Source: an uncultured bacterium (GTDB lineage Bacteria; Krumholzibacteriota; Krumholzibacteriia; Krumholzibacteriales; Krumholzibacteriaceae). From it: a stretch of DNA of 64,000 bases. The stretch is from contig CAWFAD010000010.1 of assembly GCA_963813815.1 (NCBI GenBank), positions 148,654-212,653 of the forward strand. The letters run 5' to 3'. Both the position numbers and the translations under genes were made by a program. The notes under the pieces are model-generated. The model had not been told where the DNA came from, did no database searches, and was given only the letters and a program-made list of their open reading frames with translations. Shown here piece by piece: positions 29,755-40,276 of this stretch (within the stretch, counting starts at the first letter, position 1; each line of letters opens with the position of its first letter).

Positions 29755-32202
29755 TTGGAAGTAGCGAAATTCCTCAAGAAGGTCGAGGTCGAGGATTTCT
29801 ACCGGGGGCAGATCGTTCACCGGCACCCGATACCGGCGCGGCGCGCGCGCTTCGGCGAGCTCACGCCGCCGCTCCCGCCGGAGCTCGCGAAGCTCCTCAA
29901 GGAGACGGGAGTCGAGCGGCTCTACGCGCATCAGGCCGAGGCGGTGCGGCTGCTCCGCGGCGGGAACGACGCCGTCATCGTCACCTCGACCGCGAGCGGC
30001 AAGACGCTCTGCTACAACATCCCCGTTCTCGCGAGCCTCCTCGAGGATCCCGACGCGCGCGCCCTCTACCTCTATCCGACGAAGGCGCTCGCGCAGGACC
30101 AGCTCCGCGTGCTCCAGCGCTACATGGGGCCGAAGGGGATCGCGTTTCAGGCCGGGACCTACGACGGAGACACGCCCGCCTCGACGAGGAGGAAGCTTCG
30201 GGACGAGGCGCGCGTGCTCCTCACCAATCCCGACATGCTCCACTCGGGAATCCTTCCGAACCACGCCAAGTGGGCGAATTTTCTCTCGCGCCTGCGCTAC
30301 GTCGTCGTCGACGAGATCCACAGCTACCGCGGCGTCTTCGGGTCGCACGTCGCGAGCGTCATGCGGCGGCTCGACCGCGTCGCGGCCCACTACGGGGCCT
30401 CCCCCGTGTACGCGGCCTCCTCTGCCACGATCGCCAACCCCGGAGAGCACGCCGAGAAGCTCCTCGGCCGCCCCGTGCAAATTGTCGCGGACGACGGCTC
30501 GCCGAGAGGCCGCAAGCAGTTCCTCTTCTGGAACCCCCCGACGATCGACGCCGGAGAGATGGAGCGGCGCAGCTCCAACATCGAGGCCGCCGAGCTCGTC
30601 GCGAAGCTCGTCCTCGACGACGTGCAGACGATCGCCTTCGTGCGGGCGCGCGTCGTGAGCGAGGTCATCACGCGCTACGCGCGCGAGATGCTCGGCAAAC
30701 ATCGCGCGTCGATGAAGGATTCGGTGCATCCGTACCGGGGCGGGTATCTCCCCGAGGAGCGCCGCGAGATCGAGCGGCGGCTGTTCGGCGGCGAGCTCAA
30801 AGCGGTCATCAGCACGAACGCCCTCGAGCTCGGAATCGACGTCGGGGCGCTCCACGCCTCGATCATCGTCGGCTACCCGGGGAGCATCGCCTCGACGTGG
30901 CAGCAGGCGGGACGCGCGGGGAGGGGCCGGGAAGAGGCGCTCACGATTTTCATTCCGTACAACACGCCGCTCGACCAGTACCTCGCGAGCCACCCCGAGT
31001 ACTTCTTCGGCAAATCGCCGGAGAACGCGATCATCGATCCCGGGAACCCGCACATTCTCATGGCGCAGCTCCGCTCGGCCGTCTTCGAGCTGCCGCTCAC
31101 GGCACAGGAGGTCGAGGCGGCGGGGGAGTACGCCCCGGCGATCCTCGAGCTGCTCGAGGACTGCCGCGAGGTGAGCTTCGTGAGGGGGAAGTACTACTGG
31201 ACGGGCAAGGGGTACCCGAGCGCGGACGTGAACCTCCGCAACATCTCGCCCAACATCTACACCATCGTGAACGAGAAGGCGGGAAACGCCGTCATCGGGA
31301 CGATCGACGAGTCGAGCGCGTTCCAGCAGGTGCACCCGCAGGCGATCTATCTCCACGAGGCGGAGACCTACTTCGTGAACTCGCTCGACGTCGATAAGAA
31401 GATCGCCTTCGTGGAGCCGACGAACATCGACTACTACACGCAGTCGATCACCGAGACGCAGGTCAAGGTCGACCGCGAGGAGAAGGCGCGGGACTGGCGG
31501 CTCGCGCGAGTCGCCTTCGGCGACGTCTCGGTGACCTCCCTCACCTTCATGTTCAGGAAAATCAAGTTCGGAAGCCGGGATTCGATCGGGTACGGAAAGT
31601 GCGACCTCCCCGCGCAGGTGCTCGAGACGGCGGGGCTCTGGATCGTGCCCCCTCCCGAGACCTTCGCCGAGGTGCGCCGGCACGGGCGGGCGCCCGGCGA
31701 GGGCCTTCTCGGCGTCTCGAACGTGCTCCGCGAGGTCCTGCCGCTCTTCGTCATGTGCGATCCCCTCGACGTGGGGACGACCGTCAACTCGCGCTCGACC
31801 GACACTCCCGCCGTGTACGTGTACGACAAATATCCGGGCGGGCTCGGATTCTCGCTGCGGGCGTACGATCTCATGGAGGAGATCATGCGCGCCGCGCTCG
31901 AGCTCATTGCCTCCTGCACCTGCTCGCGCGGCTGCCCCTCGTGCGTCGGCTCTCCCATTCCGCCCTTCTCGCAGCTCGATCCCGAGGAGGGCGGGAAGGG
32001 GATGATCCCCGACAAGGAGGCCGCTATCGTCATTCTCCACCATCTCCTCGAGCTCGATCCGTACACGCCCGGCCCCGCCCGCGGGGGCGACGGCGCGCCG
32101 GCCGCCGAGCGGCCGCGCGGGAAGGCGCTGCCGGTCGAGCTTCAGGGAAAGCTCCGCGCGGAGCTCGGCAAGAGGCGTCAATCGACGAAACTGCAACGGT
32201 AG
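29755..32202 (+). CDS. DEAD/DEAH-box helicase with DUF1998 (YprA/MrfA/Hrq1-like)
   Basis: TASGKT, YPTKALAQDQ, DEIH, SATIANP, ALELGIDVG, QQAGRAGR; C-terminal MCD...CTCSRGCPSC cluster. Confidence 0.92.
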   Translation: MEVAKFLKKVEVEDFYRGQIVHRHPIPARRARFGELTPPLPPELAKLLKETGVERLYAHQAEAVRLLRGGNDAVIVTSTASGKTLCYNIPVLASLLEDPDARALYLYPTKALAQDQLRVLQRYMGPKGIAFQAGTYDGDTPASTRRKLRDEARVLLTNPDMLHSGILPNHAKWANFLSRLRYVVVDEIHSYRGVFGSHVASVMRRLDRVAAHYGASPVYAASSATIANPGEHAEKLLGRPVQIVADDGSPRGRKQFLFWNPPTIDAGEMERRSSNIEAAELVAKLVLDDVQTIAFVRARVVSEVITRYAREMLGKHRASMKDSVHPYRGGYLPEERREIERRLFGGELKAVISTNALELGIDVGALHASIIVGYPGSIASTWQQAGRAGRGREEALTIFIPYNTPLDQYLASHPEYFFGKSPENAIIDPGNPHILMAQLRSAVFELPLTAQEVEAAGEYAPAILELLEDCREVSFVRGKYYWTGKGYPSADVNLRNISPNIYTIVNEKAGNAVIGTIDESSAFQQVHPQAIYLHEAETYFVNSLDVDKKIAFVEPTNIDYYTQSITETQVKVDREEKARDWRLARVAFGDVSVTSLTFMFRKIKFGSRDSIGYGKCDLPAQVLETAGLWIVPPPETFAEVRRHGRAPGEGLLGVSNVLREVLPLFVMCDPLDVGTTVNSRSTDTPAVYVYDKYPGGLGFSLRAYDLMEEIMRAALELIASCTCSRGCPSCVGSPIPPFSQLDPEEGGKGMIPDKEAAIVILHHLLELDPYTPGPARGGDGAPAAERPRGKALPVELQGKLRAELGKRRQSTKLQR

Positions 32203-32213
32203 AGGAGGTTCGC

Positions 32214-33626
32214 CTGAAAAAAAAGGCGTTCGAAAAGGTGCTCGTGGCGAACAGGGGCGAGATCGCCGTTCGCGTGATCGACACGTGCCGGAAGCTCGGC
32301 ATCCGGACGGTCGCGATTTACAGCGACGCCGACCGAGGCGCGATGCACGCGCGCGTGGCGGACGAGGCGCACTACGTCGGGGAAGCTCCCGCCGCGAAGA
32401 GCTATCTCCGCGGGGATCGCATCATCGAGATCGCGCTCGAGACGGGGGCCGCGGCGATCCATCCCGGCTACGGCTTTCTCTCGGAGAACGCGGCTTTCGC
32501 CGCCGAGGTCGAGCGGAGCGGCGTCGTCTTCATCGGCCCGCCGTCAGGCGCCATGAAGCAGCTCGGGGACAAGATCAAAGCGCGGGCGCTCGCGGTGAAG
32601 CTCGGGGTGCCCGTGCTGCCGGGGGCGAAGCGGGCCGTGAAAAACCCCGAGGACGCCCTCGCCGTCGCGCGAAAGATCGGATTTCCGGTTCTCATCAAGG
32701 CCTCGGCCGGTGGCGGAGGGAGGGGGATGCGTCTCGCGCACGGCGAGGAGGAATTCGCCGGCGCCGTTACGGCCGCCATGAGCGAGTCCGAGGCGTCCTT
32801 CGGGAGCTCGGAGGTTTTCTTCGAGCGGTTCGTCGAGAACGCGAAGCACATCGAGATACAGATTCTCGCCGACGGTCGGGGAAAGTGCGTCCATTTCGGC
32901 GAGCGGGAGTGCTCCGTCCAGCGCCGGCATCAGAAGATCATCGAGGAGACCCCGTCCACGGCCGTGACCCCGGAGATGCGCGAGGCGATGGCGGCGGCCG
33001 CCATGAAGCTCGCGCTCGAGGCCGGGTACGCGAACGCCGGCACGGTCGAGTTCATCCTCGACGAGGACCGCTCGTTCTATTTTCTCGAGATGAACACCCG
33101 CCTGCAGGTCGAGCATCCGATCACGGAGCTCTGCAACGGCGTCGATCTCGTGGCGCTCCAGATCGAGATCGCGGCGGGAAAGCCGCTCCGCCTCGCGCAG
33201 AAGGACATCGCGCCTCGCGGGACGGCGATCGAGTGCCGGATCTGCGCGGAGGACTCGCTCAAGGACCATCTCCCCTCGTGGGGAACGGTGCACGGCCTCA
33301 AGTGGCCGGCCATCGAGGGGCTTCGCATCGACACGGCGCTGTTCGAGGGGTGCGAGATCACGCCCCACTACGATTCGCTCGTCGCGAAAATCAGCGTGCA
33401 CGCCGCGGACCGCGTCGAGGCGATCCGCCACATGCGCTGCGCCCTCAACAACACGGAGATCCGGGGGATCGGCACCAATATTCCTCTCTGCGAGCACGTC
33501 CTCTCCCGGCCGGAGTTTCTCTCGGGAGAGTACTACACGAATCTCCTCCGGCGCGCCCCCTTCGGCCTCGACCCGAGGCGTCCCGGCGGCGTCGCTCCGG
33601 AGGACTGGATCGACATGTACATCTGA
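32214..33626 (+). CDS. accC: Biotin carboxylase subunit (probable CTG start)
   Basis: KVLVANRGEIA, HPGYGFLSEN, GGGGRGM, ERECSVQRRHQK, EMNTRLQVEH; SD GAGGAGG precedes CTG 32214. Confidence 0.9.
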   Translation: MKKKAFEKVLVANRGEIAVRVIDTCRKLGIRTVAIYSDADRGAMHARVADEAHYVGEAPAAKSYLRGDRIIEIALETGAAAIHPGYGFLSENAAFAAEVERSGVVFIGPPSGAMKQLGDKIKARALAVKLGVPVLPGAKRAVKNPEDALAVARKIGFPVLIKASAGGGGRGMRLAHGEEEFAGAVTAAMSESEASFGSSEVFFERFVENAKHIEIQILADGRGKCVHFGERECSVQRRHQKIIEETPSTAVTPEMREAMAAAAMKLALEAGYANAGTVEFILDEDRSFYFLEMNTRLQVEHPITELCNGVDLVALQIEIAAGKPLRLAQKDIAPRGTAIECRICAEDSLKDHLPSWGTVHGLKWPAIEGLRIDTALFEGCEITPHYDSLVAKISVHAADRVEAIRHMRCALNNTEIRGIGTNIPLCEHVLSRPEFLSGEYYTNLLRRAPFGLDPRRPGGVAPEDWIDMYI

Positions 33627-33762
33627 CGCCGAGCGCCGGATGAAAGGTTGACGGCGTCGAATTGTCCGTGGTATATTTCCGCAAATTTGAGCTTTATCTG
33701 ATTCATCACGCGCAAAGCAGACCCGCTGGGAGTCTGCGTGCTCTTTCAACCGGGAGGGTTCG

Positions 33763-34167
33763 ATGAGGGCGCTTCAGAGGTACCGGATTCACCTCGGGAC
33801 GGCGGCGTGGATACTCCACCGTCTCTCCGGGCTCGGCCTCATTCTCTACCTGCTTACCCACATTTGGGTGATCCATCACCTCGTGAAGGGGCAGACGGAG
33901 TTTGACGGCATCATGCACTTCTTCAACAACCCGCTCTTCAAGTTTCTCGAAATCGGGCTCGTCGGGGTGATCCTCTATCATCTCTGGAACGGGCTCCGCA
34001 TCACGCTCTTCGACTTCGGGCTCCTGATCGAAAAGCAGAAGCAGGTCTTCGGCGCGGCCGTCGTCCTCTGGCTCGCGAGCTGGGCGGTCGTCGCCTACGC
34101 GATGCTGACCCGCGTGGGCGGGCTGCTCGCCGCGGTCGTCCGGGCGGGAGGGGGTGGGCTCTCATGA
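33763..34167 (+). CDS. sdhC: Succinate dehydrogenase cytochrome b subunit
   Basis: WILHRLSG, YH..NGLR, three TM helices; first gene of the sdh operon. Confidence 0.9.
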   Translation: MRALQRYRIHLGTAAWILHRLSGLGLILYLLTHIWVIHHLVKGQTEFDGIMHFFNNPLFKFLEIGLVGVILYHLWNGLRITLFDFGLLIEKQKQVFGAAVVLWLASWAVVAYAMLTRVGGLLAAVVRAGGGGLS

Positions 34168-34530
34168 GCAATCGCGCGAACGTCCGCTCGGGCGGCGCCA
34201 TGATGTGGCTCTTCCAGCGCGTGACGGGGGTCTACCTCGCCGTCGTGCTCTTCGCGCACGTGTGGCTCCTCCACTACCTGCTCGACGATGAGATCGGTTT
34301 CGCCGCCGTCGCGGATCGCGTGGCGACGCCTCTCTGGAAGACGATCGACATCTCCTTCCTCGTCGTCGCGCTCTTTCACGGGCTCTACGGCCTGTGGATC
34401 GTGCTCGACGACTACATCCAGCTCGGGGTGGCTCCGCATCCTCATCTACAGCGCGATCTCGATCGTGGCGCTCATCGCGCTCACGCTCGGCATTCTCACC
34501 ATCCTTCCGTTCCAGGCCGGAGGTTTTTGA
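34164..34530 (+). CDS. sdhD: Succinate dehydrogenase membrane anchor subunit; one-base frameshift near 34421 (probable sequencing error)
   Basis: WLFQRVTG...FHGLYGLW..LDDYI in one frame; the last TM helix (SGWLRILIYSAISIVALIALTLG) is in another; removing one G restores DDYIHSGWLR. Confidence 0.85.
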
Positions 34531-34533
34531 GAT

Positions 34534-36318
34534 ATGACACCGATCGATCCCGAAACCGTTCACGACGTCGAAGGGGTGCCGGTGCATAACGTGCATCGCC
34601 ACGACGTTGTCGTCGTGGGGGCGGGGCTCGCCGCCATGCGCGCCGCGGTCGAGGCCGCGGGGGATTACGACGTGGCGGTTCTCAGCAAGGTCTTCCCGAC
34701 GCGCTCCCACAGCGGCGCCGCGCAGGGCGGCATCGCGGCCTCGCTCGCGAACGAGGAAGAGGACCACTGGGAGTGGCACATGTTCGACACCGTCAAGGGG
34801 AGCGACTATCTCGGCGATCAGGACGCGATCGAGATCCTCGTCAAGGAGGCGCCGATCGTCGTCCGGGAGTTCGAGCACATGGGGGCGCCCTTCTCGCGCA
34901 CCCCGGACGGACGTATCGCCCAGCGCCTCTTCGGCGGCCACACGAAGGACTTCGGCAAGGGCGGGCCGGTGCTTCGCGCCTGCTACGCCGCCGACCGCAC
35001 GGGGCACGCGCTGCTCCACACCCTCTACGAGAACTGCGTGAAAAAGGGCGTTCGCTTCTATCCCGAGTTCTACGTCCTCGGGCTCATCGTCCGCGACGAC
35101 GTCTGCCGCGGGGTCGTCGCGTGGGACGTCGTGAACGGCGGCGTGCACGTCTTCCACGCGAAAGCGGTCATGTTCGGCACGGGAGGACACGCGCGGATAT
35201 TCCGGATCGCCTCGATCTCGCTCTCGAGCACGGGCGACGGGCCCGCGATGGCGCTTCGGGCCGGCATCCCCCTCGAGGACATGGAGTTTCTCCAGTTTCA
35301 TCCGACGGGGCTCTACATCCACGGCATTCTCGTGAGCGAGGCCGCGAGAGGCGAGGGCGGCTACCTCATAAACGACGCCGGGGAACGTTTCATGAAAAAA
35401 TACGCCCCGGACAAGATGGAGCTCGCCCCGCGGGACGTCGTCTCGCGCGCGATGCAGCGCGAAATCGACGAAGGCCGCGGCATCGGCGGCAAGGACTTCA
35501 TCCATCTCGACCTTCGCCATCTCGGCAAGGAAAAGATCATGACGCTCTTGCCGCAGATCCACGAGCTCGCCTGGAAGTTCATGCACGTCGATTGCGTCGC
35601 CGATCCGATCCCGATCCAGCCGACGGCGCACTACTCGATGGGCGGCATTCCCACCGACAACGATTGCCACGTGCTCGCCGACGGCAAATCGAAAAAGGTC
35701 GCCGGCTTCTACGCCGCGGGAGAGTGCGCCTGCGTGAGCGTGCACGGGGCGAACCGCCTCGGCACGAACTCGCTGCTCGAGGCCTCGCTCTTCGGCCGCC
35801 GGGCGGGCAAGTCGGTCGTGAGGTTCCTCCGCGCGGAGCCCGCTTTTCCCGAGCTTCCCGCCGATGCGGCGAAGGAGGCGATCGAGGAGATCGACGGCAT
35901 CCTCTCGGCGACCGGCACCGAGAGGACCGGGGCCATCAGGGCGGAGATGCAGGCGCAGATGACGACGAACTGCGCCGTCTTCCGCAACGGCTGCAACCTC
36001 GAGGCGCTCGTCGCCGAGGTAAAGAAGCTCCGCGAGCGCTACGGCCGGATTCGCATCGAGGACAAGGGAAAGACGTTCAACATGGATCTCATCGACGCCC
36101 TCGAGCTCGGACGCATGCTGGATGTGACCGAGGTCATGGTGGCGAGCGCCCTCAACCGCACCGAGTCTCGCGGCGGACACTCGCGCACCGATTTCCCGAA
36201 GCGTGACGACGCGAACTGGCTCAAGCACACGCTCGCGCGCCGGAAGGGCGGAGCGATCACCTTCGACTATCGTCCGGTCGCCATTACGCGATTCCAGCCG
36301 AAGGAAAGAAAATACTGA
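34534..36318 (+). CDS. sdhA: Succinate dehydrogenase flavoprotein
   Basis: [15 protein letters not shown] (covalent FAD His), [29 protein letters not shown]. Confidence 0.96.
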   Translation: MTPIDPETVHDVEGVPVHNVHRHDVVVVGAGLAAMRAAVEAAGDYDVAVLSKVFPTRSHSGAAQGGIAASLANEEEDHWEWHMFDTVKGSDYLGDQDAIEILVKEAPIVVREFEHMGAPFSRTPDGRIAQRLFGGHTKDFGKGGPVLRACYAADRTGHALLHTLYENCVKKGVRFYPEFYVLGLIVRDDVCRGVVAWDVVNGGVHVFHAKAVMFGTGGHARIFRIASISLSSTGDGPAMALRAGIPLEDMEFLQFHPTGLYIHGILVSEAARGEGGYLINDAGERFMKKYAPDKMELAPRDVVSRAMQREIDEGRGIGGKDFIHLDLRHLGKEKIMTLLPQIHELAWKFMHVDCVADPIPIQPTAHYSMGGIPTDNDCHVLADGKSKKVAGFYAAGECACVSVHGANRLGTNSLLEASLFGRRAGKSVVRFLRAEPAFPELPADAAKEAIEEIDGILSATGTERTGAIRAEMQAQMTTNCAVFRNGCNLEALVAEVKKLRERYGRIRIEDKGKTFNMDLIDALELGRMLDVTEVMVASALNRTESRGGHSRTDFPKRDDANWLKHTLARRKGGAITFDYRPVAITRFQPKERKY

Positions 36319-36371
36319 TCACTCCGGAGCGGAGCCGACGGGAGGCTCCGCACGGCAAGGAGGCCTCTCGT

Positions 36372-37106
36372 ATGGCACAGCAGGAACTGGAACGGAAGCT
36401 CGTCACCTTCCGCGTAAGGCGATACAACCCTGAGGGCGGCGAGCGGAAGCGCTACACGCAGGAGTACAAGCTCGAGGTCATGAAGGGACAGTCGGTGCTC
36501 GACTGCCTGAACGAGATCCGCTGGAAGCAGGACGGCTCGCTCACCTTCCGCCGCTCGTGCAAGAGCGGCATCTGCGGCTCGTGCGCCATGACCGTGAACG
36601 GCGTGAACCGCCTCGCCTGCGAGACGCAGGTGATGGCGCTCGGCTCCTCCACGATCACGATCGAGCCGCTCCGGGGATTCACGGTCATCAAGGACCTCGC
36701 CGTCGACATCGATCCGATGGTGGAGAAGATCCACGCCGTAAAGCCCTATCTCATCACGAAGACTCCGCCTCCCTCGGACGCCGAGCGGCTCCAGAGCCCC
36801 GAGGACCGGGCGAAGCTCGACGGCCTCTACGAGTGCATCCTCTGCGGCTCGTGCACGTCCTCGTGCCCCTCGTTCTGGGCGGACGAGAGCTACCTCGGAC
36901 CGCACGCGTTTCTCAAGGCGTACCGGTTCATCGCCGACAGCCGCGACGAGGCGCCCGGGGAGCACTTCGACGCGCTCGACGACAAGCACGGCCTTTGGCG
37001 TTGCCACACGATCTTCAACTGCGTCGAGGCCTGTCCGAAGAGCCTCAACCCGACGAAGGCGATCGAAGCGTTGCGGAGAGAGCTCGTGAAGGAGAAAATC
37101 GGCTGA
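36372..37106 (+). CDS. sdhB: Succinate dehydrogenase iron-sulfur subunit
   Basis: RSCKSGICGSC, CILCGSCTSSCP, CHTIFNCVEACP. Confidence 0.96.
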   Translation: MAQQELERKLVTFRVRRYNPEGGERKRYTQEYKLEVMKGQSVLDCLNEIRWKQDGSLTFRRSCKSGICGSCAMTVNGVNRLACETQVMALGSSTITIEPLRGFTVIKDLAVDIDPMVEKIHAVKPYLITKTPPPSDAERLQSPEDRAKLDGLYECILCGSCTSSCPSFWADESYLGPHAFLKAYRFIADSRDEAPGEHFDALDDKHGLWRCHTIFNCVEACPKSLNPTKAIEALRRELVKEKIG

Positions 37107-37176
37107 GTTGCCGCCGCGGCGAGGCCGATCGCGGCCGCGGAAATTACGGTCACGTACGGATGCGGGAGGTACGTCG

Positions 37177-38187
37177 ATGACGCGCATGTCCCGGCGCAAT
37201 TTTCTGAAAATCACGGCCGGTCTCGGAGCGGCGGGGAGTCTGCTGCCGCTTCGCGGCCTCTTCGCGCGCTCTCCTTTCGCCGGTCTCCCGGCGGCTCCCG
37301 CCGCCGGCCCCGGCCGCAAGCCGCTCGTCATCTCGACGTGGAGCCACGGCCTGCCGGCGAACGAGGCGGCGTGGAAGATACTCTCTTCCGGCGGCTCGTC
37401 GCTCGACGCCGTCGAGGCGGGCGTCCGCGTGCCCGAGGGCGATCCGTCGGTCACGAGCGTCGGCTACGGGGGGCTTCCCGACGAGGAATGCAGGGTGACG
37501 CTCGACGCGTCCATCATGGGGCCGGACTACCGAGCCGGAGCGGTCGCGTTCGTGCAGGATTACCGCCATCCGATCTCGATCGCGCGCGCCGTCATGGAGT
37601 CGACCGATCACGTCTTCATCGTGGGTGCCGGCGCCGAGGAGTTCGCGCGCAAGCACGGCTTCGCCCGCGAGGAGCTCCTCACGGAAACGGCCCGCGAGGC
37701 GTGGATCAACTGGAAGCGCAAGCTCGGCGACACGGACGACTGGTTTCCGGCCGACCTCGATCACGACACGATCGGCATGGTCGCCATCGACGCCGCGGGC
37801 GGCCTCGCCGGAGCGTGCACGACCTCGGGGCTCGCTTTCAAGGTGCACGGACGCGTGGGCGATTCGCCGGTCATCGGCGCCGGGATGTACGTCGACAACG
37901 ACATCGGCGCCGCGGCGGCGACGGGCAAGGGGGAAGAGGTGCTCAAGACCTGCGGCAGCTTCCTCGTCGTCGAGTTCATGCGCCAGGGGCTCTCGCCGCG
38001 GGAGGCCTGCAAGAGGGCGCTCGAGCGCATCATCAAGAAGCACGCGGCCAAACCCGCCTTTCAGGTCGCGTTCGTCGCGCTCTCGAAAGAGGGAGAGACG
38101 GGGGCGCTCTCGCTCCAGAAGGGATTTCAGTACGCGGTCGCGGCGGGGGGGACGAACGAGCTCATCGACGCGGAGTATCTCCTGTAG
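37177..38187 (+). CDS. Tat-exported N4-(beta-N-acetylglucosaminyl)-L-asparaginase (Ntn hydrolase)
   Basis: SRRNFLK twin-arginine signal; SVGYGGLPD, HDTIGM autoprocessing site, GRVGDSP.IGAG. Confidence 0.9.
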   Translation: MTRMSRRNFLKITAGLGAAGSLLPLRGLFARSPFAGLPAAPAAGPGRKPLVISTWSHGLPANEAAWKILSSGGSSLDAVEAGVRVPEGDPSVTSVGYGGLPDEECRVTLDASIMGPDYRAGAVAFVQDYRHPISIARAVMESTDHVFIVGAGAEEFARKHGFAREELLTETAREAWINWKRKLGDTDDWFPADLDHDTIGMVAIDAAGGLAGACTTSGLAFKVHGRVGDSPVIGAGMYVDNDIGAAAATGKGEEVLKTCGSFLVVEFMRQGLSPREACKRALERIIKKHAAKPAFQVAFVALSKEGETGALSLQKGFQYAVAAGGTNELIDAEYLL

Positions 38188-38225
38188 CCGGCGGAAAACG
38201 CCGATGGAAAACGCGGAGGATTGAC

Positions 38226-39002
38226 GTGACGGAAACGTTCGCTCGCAGATTCACGGGGACCGCGGCGCTGCTGGCGCTCGCGGCGCTCGGCGCCCTTCTC
38301 GGGGCGTCCTGCTCGCAGACGCCGCGGGACCCCGAACGGATCGTGCGCAAGCTCGTGCACGCGCACGGGGGCCGGGGGAAGATAGAGCGTCTCCAGACGT
38401 TCACGGGCAAGGGCTTCATCAAGGATCTCTCGGACACGGTGGTCGTCAAAAGCAACGCCTTCGACGTCTACCGTTCGAGGGAGCGGTACAAGCATCTCAT
38501 TCTGCGCACGGCCGGCGGAAGGCTCGGCGACGTCATCGCGCTGTGCCGCAACGCCGAGGGCACGTGGACGTGGCGCACCCGGGGCGGGCTCATGCGCGTC
38601 TCGCCCATGGAGCTCGAGCTCATTCGCTACCGGTTTCCCATGGTGCTTTCCTGGGTTCAGGAGAAGGGGCGCTCGCCGGAGCTTCTGGCCGGCGAAGCGA
38701 GCGATCGCGATCTCCGCGTTCGATATCGCGTCGACGACGTGGAGCTCACCCTCGCCGTCGACCGCAAGACGTGGCTTCTCGACGGCGTGGAAATACGGAC
38801 GTCGGCCGACACGACATTTCTCTTCGCGGAGCGGTACGACGCCTACATGGATCTCGACGGAATCCCGTTTCCCCAGCGGAACACGGCGACGTACCGGGAC
38901 ATGCCCCTCTACGAGTACGTGCTCTCGAACGTGGAGCTGCGGAGCGATCTGCCCGATTCGCTCTTCACGCTCACGGGGGCGGACACCGTGAGGGTCCGCT
39001 AG
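38226..39002 (+). CDS. Hypothetical lipoprotein (beta-rich, possibly LolA-like fold)
   Basis: SD GGAGG plus GTG; lipobox LGASC; AHGG, DG.PFP and 'LPDSLFT' segments. Confidence 0.6.
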   Translation: MTETFARRFTGTAALLALAALGALLGASCSQTPRDPERIVRKLVHAHGGRGKIERLQTFTGKGFIKDLSDTVVVKSNAFDVYRSRERYKHLILRTAGGRLGDVIALCRNAEGTWTWRTRGGLMRVSPMELELIRYRFPMVLSWVQEKGRSPELLAGEASDRDLRVRYRVDDVELTLAVDRKTWLLDGVEIRTSADTTFLFAERYDAYMDLDGIPFPQRNTATYRDMPLYEYVLSNVELRSDLPDSLFTLTGADTVRVR

Positions 39003-39535
39003 AGCAGCTCGCGCACCTTGAAGAGGGAGTCGAAGGGGTATCCCGCCGCGGCGAGGGCCTCAGTCGCGCCCTCCTCGCGATCGACCAGCGTAACGACCCG
39101 CGCGATCGCGCCGCCCGCCTCCTCGATCGCCTTTGCCGCGCGGAGCAGCGAGCCGCCCGTGGTCGCGACGTCCTCGAGGAGAACGACCCTGATCCCGCTC
39201 GAACAGCTTCCCTCGACGAGGTTCTTCGTCCCGTGGTCTTTCGCTTCCTTGCGGATGAGAAGGCCGAGCTTCTCCTCGCCACGCTCAGCGCTCAGAGCGA
39301 GCAGCGCTCCGATGATGGGATCGGCCCCGATCGTCGGTCCGGCGAACGCGTCGTATCGCGCTCCGTCGAGGCGCTCGAGGAGCAGCTTCGCGCTGAGGTA
39401 GAGGCCGCGCGAGTGGAGGGTCGTGAGCTTGCCGTTGATGTAGTAGGTGCTCTTCCGGCCCGAGGCGAGGGTGAAATCCCCCTTCAGGATCGAACGTTCT
39501 TTGAAAATGTCCCTGAGCTCGTCGCGTTCGGTCAT
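38999..39535 (-). CDS. pyrE: Orotate phosphoribosyltransferase
   Basis: GDFTLASGRKS.YY, IRKEAKDHG, VVLLEDVATTGGS PRPP motif. Confidence 0.95.
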   Translation of the reverse strand: MTERDELRDIFKERSILKGDFTLASGRKSTYYINGKLTTLHSRGLYLSAKLLLERLDGARYDAFAGPTIGADPIIGALLALSAERGEEKLGLLIRKEAKDHGTKNLVEGSCSSGIRVVLLEDVATTGGSLLRAAKAIEEAGGAIARVVTLVDREEGATEALAAAGYPFDSLFKVRELL

Positions 39536-39573
39536 GGAGACTCCTTTGCGTTGTTCCGGCGGGTCCCCCGGGC

Positions 39574-40206
39574 TCAGACGCTGAACAGCAGAACGCCGAG
39601 GGCGACCTGCATGAAGTGCGCGCTCGTCTTTCCCGTGAAAAAGTAGATCGGCTCGAATTGGTCGTCGCCGACGAAAACGTAGTGGTACTTCACGCTCACA
39701 TCGAGCGAGATTCCCCGCGAGATCCGAAATAGGAGCCCCCCGCCGCCGTAGAGCCCGAACCGGTTCTCCGTTATCGTCCCCTCGTAGAATCCGGCCGGGA
39801 TGCCCGCCGTGATCGAGTAGAGTCCGAGCCCGGCCTCGCCCGAGGCGGTGAACCGGCCGCCGATTGGGCGGGTGGCGCAGATGAAGCCGGTCATGGAGAA
39901 AATGCTGAGCCGCACCTCGCGGTTGAGCCCCGTGTAGGCGATGTTGGCGAGGGTGTCCCTCGACGCGCCGAAGTTGTGAGACGAGAGGGCGAGACCGAGG
40001 CCCCACCGCGGGCCGAGGCCCTCGATGAAGTACAGCTCGAGCTCGCTGCCGCCGCCGAACTCGTCGCGGAGCGAAGGCGAACCGACGACCCCCCCGACCC
40101 GCACGCCGAGGAGCTCGCTCCCCTCGATCCCTTCCGCGCCGAAGGCCTTATCCGGAGCGAAAGCGCAGGCGAGGACGAAAGCGAGCGCCAGAGCCGATTT
40201 TTTCAT
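39574..40206 (-). CDS. Outer-membrane beta-barrel protein (OmpA/OmpW-like, about 8 strands)
   Basis: Signal peptide; GLGLY, GLYGGGGL, DVSVKYHYVF strands. Confidence 0.7.
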   Translation of the reverse strand: MKKSALALAFVLACAFAPDKAFGAEGIEGSELLGVRVGGVVGSPSLRDEFGGGSELELYFIEGLGPRWGLGLALSSHNFGASRDTLANIAYTGLNREVRLSIFSMTGFICATRPIGGRFTASGEAGLGLYSITAGIPAGFYEGTITENRFGLYGGGGLLFRISRGISLDVSVKYHYVFVGDDQFEPIYFFTGKTSAHFMQVALGVLLFSV

Positions 40207-40276
40207 GCGGCTACCATAGCACAGGCGTCCGTCGCGCCGGTAGGGAAAATGCGTGATATGACGGCGGGCCCGCGGA

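Noticed and set aside
34410..34430. Programmed frameshift or pseudogene in sdhD
   Set aside because: No slippery sequence; a single extra base explains it and the rest of the operon is intact, so a sequencing indel is more likely.
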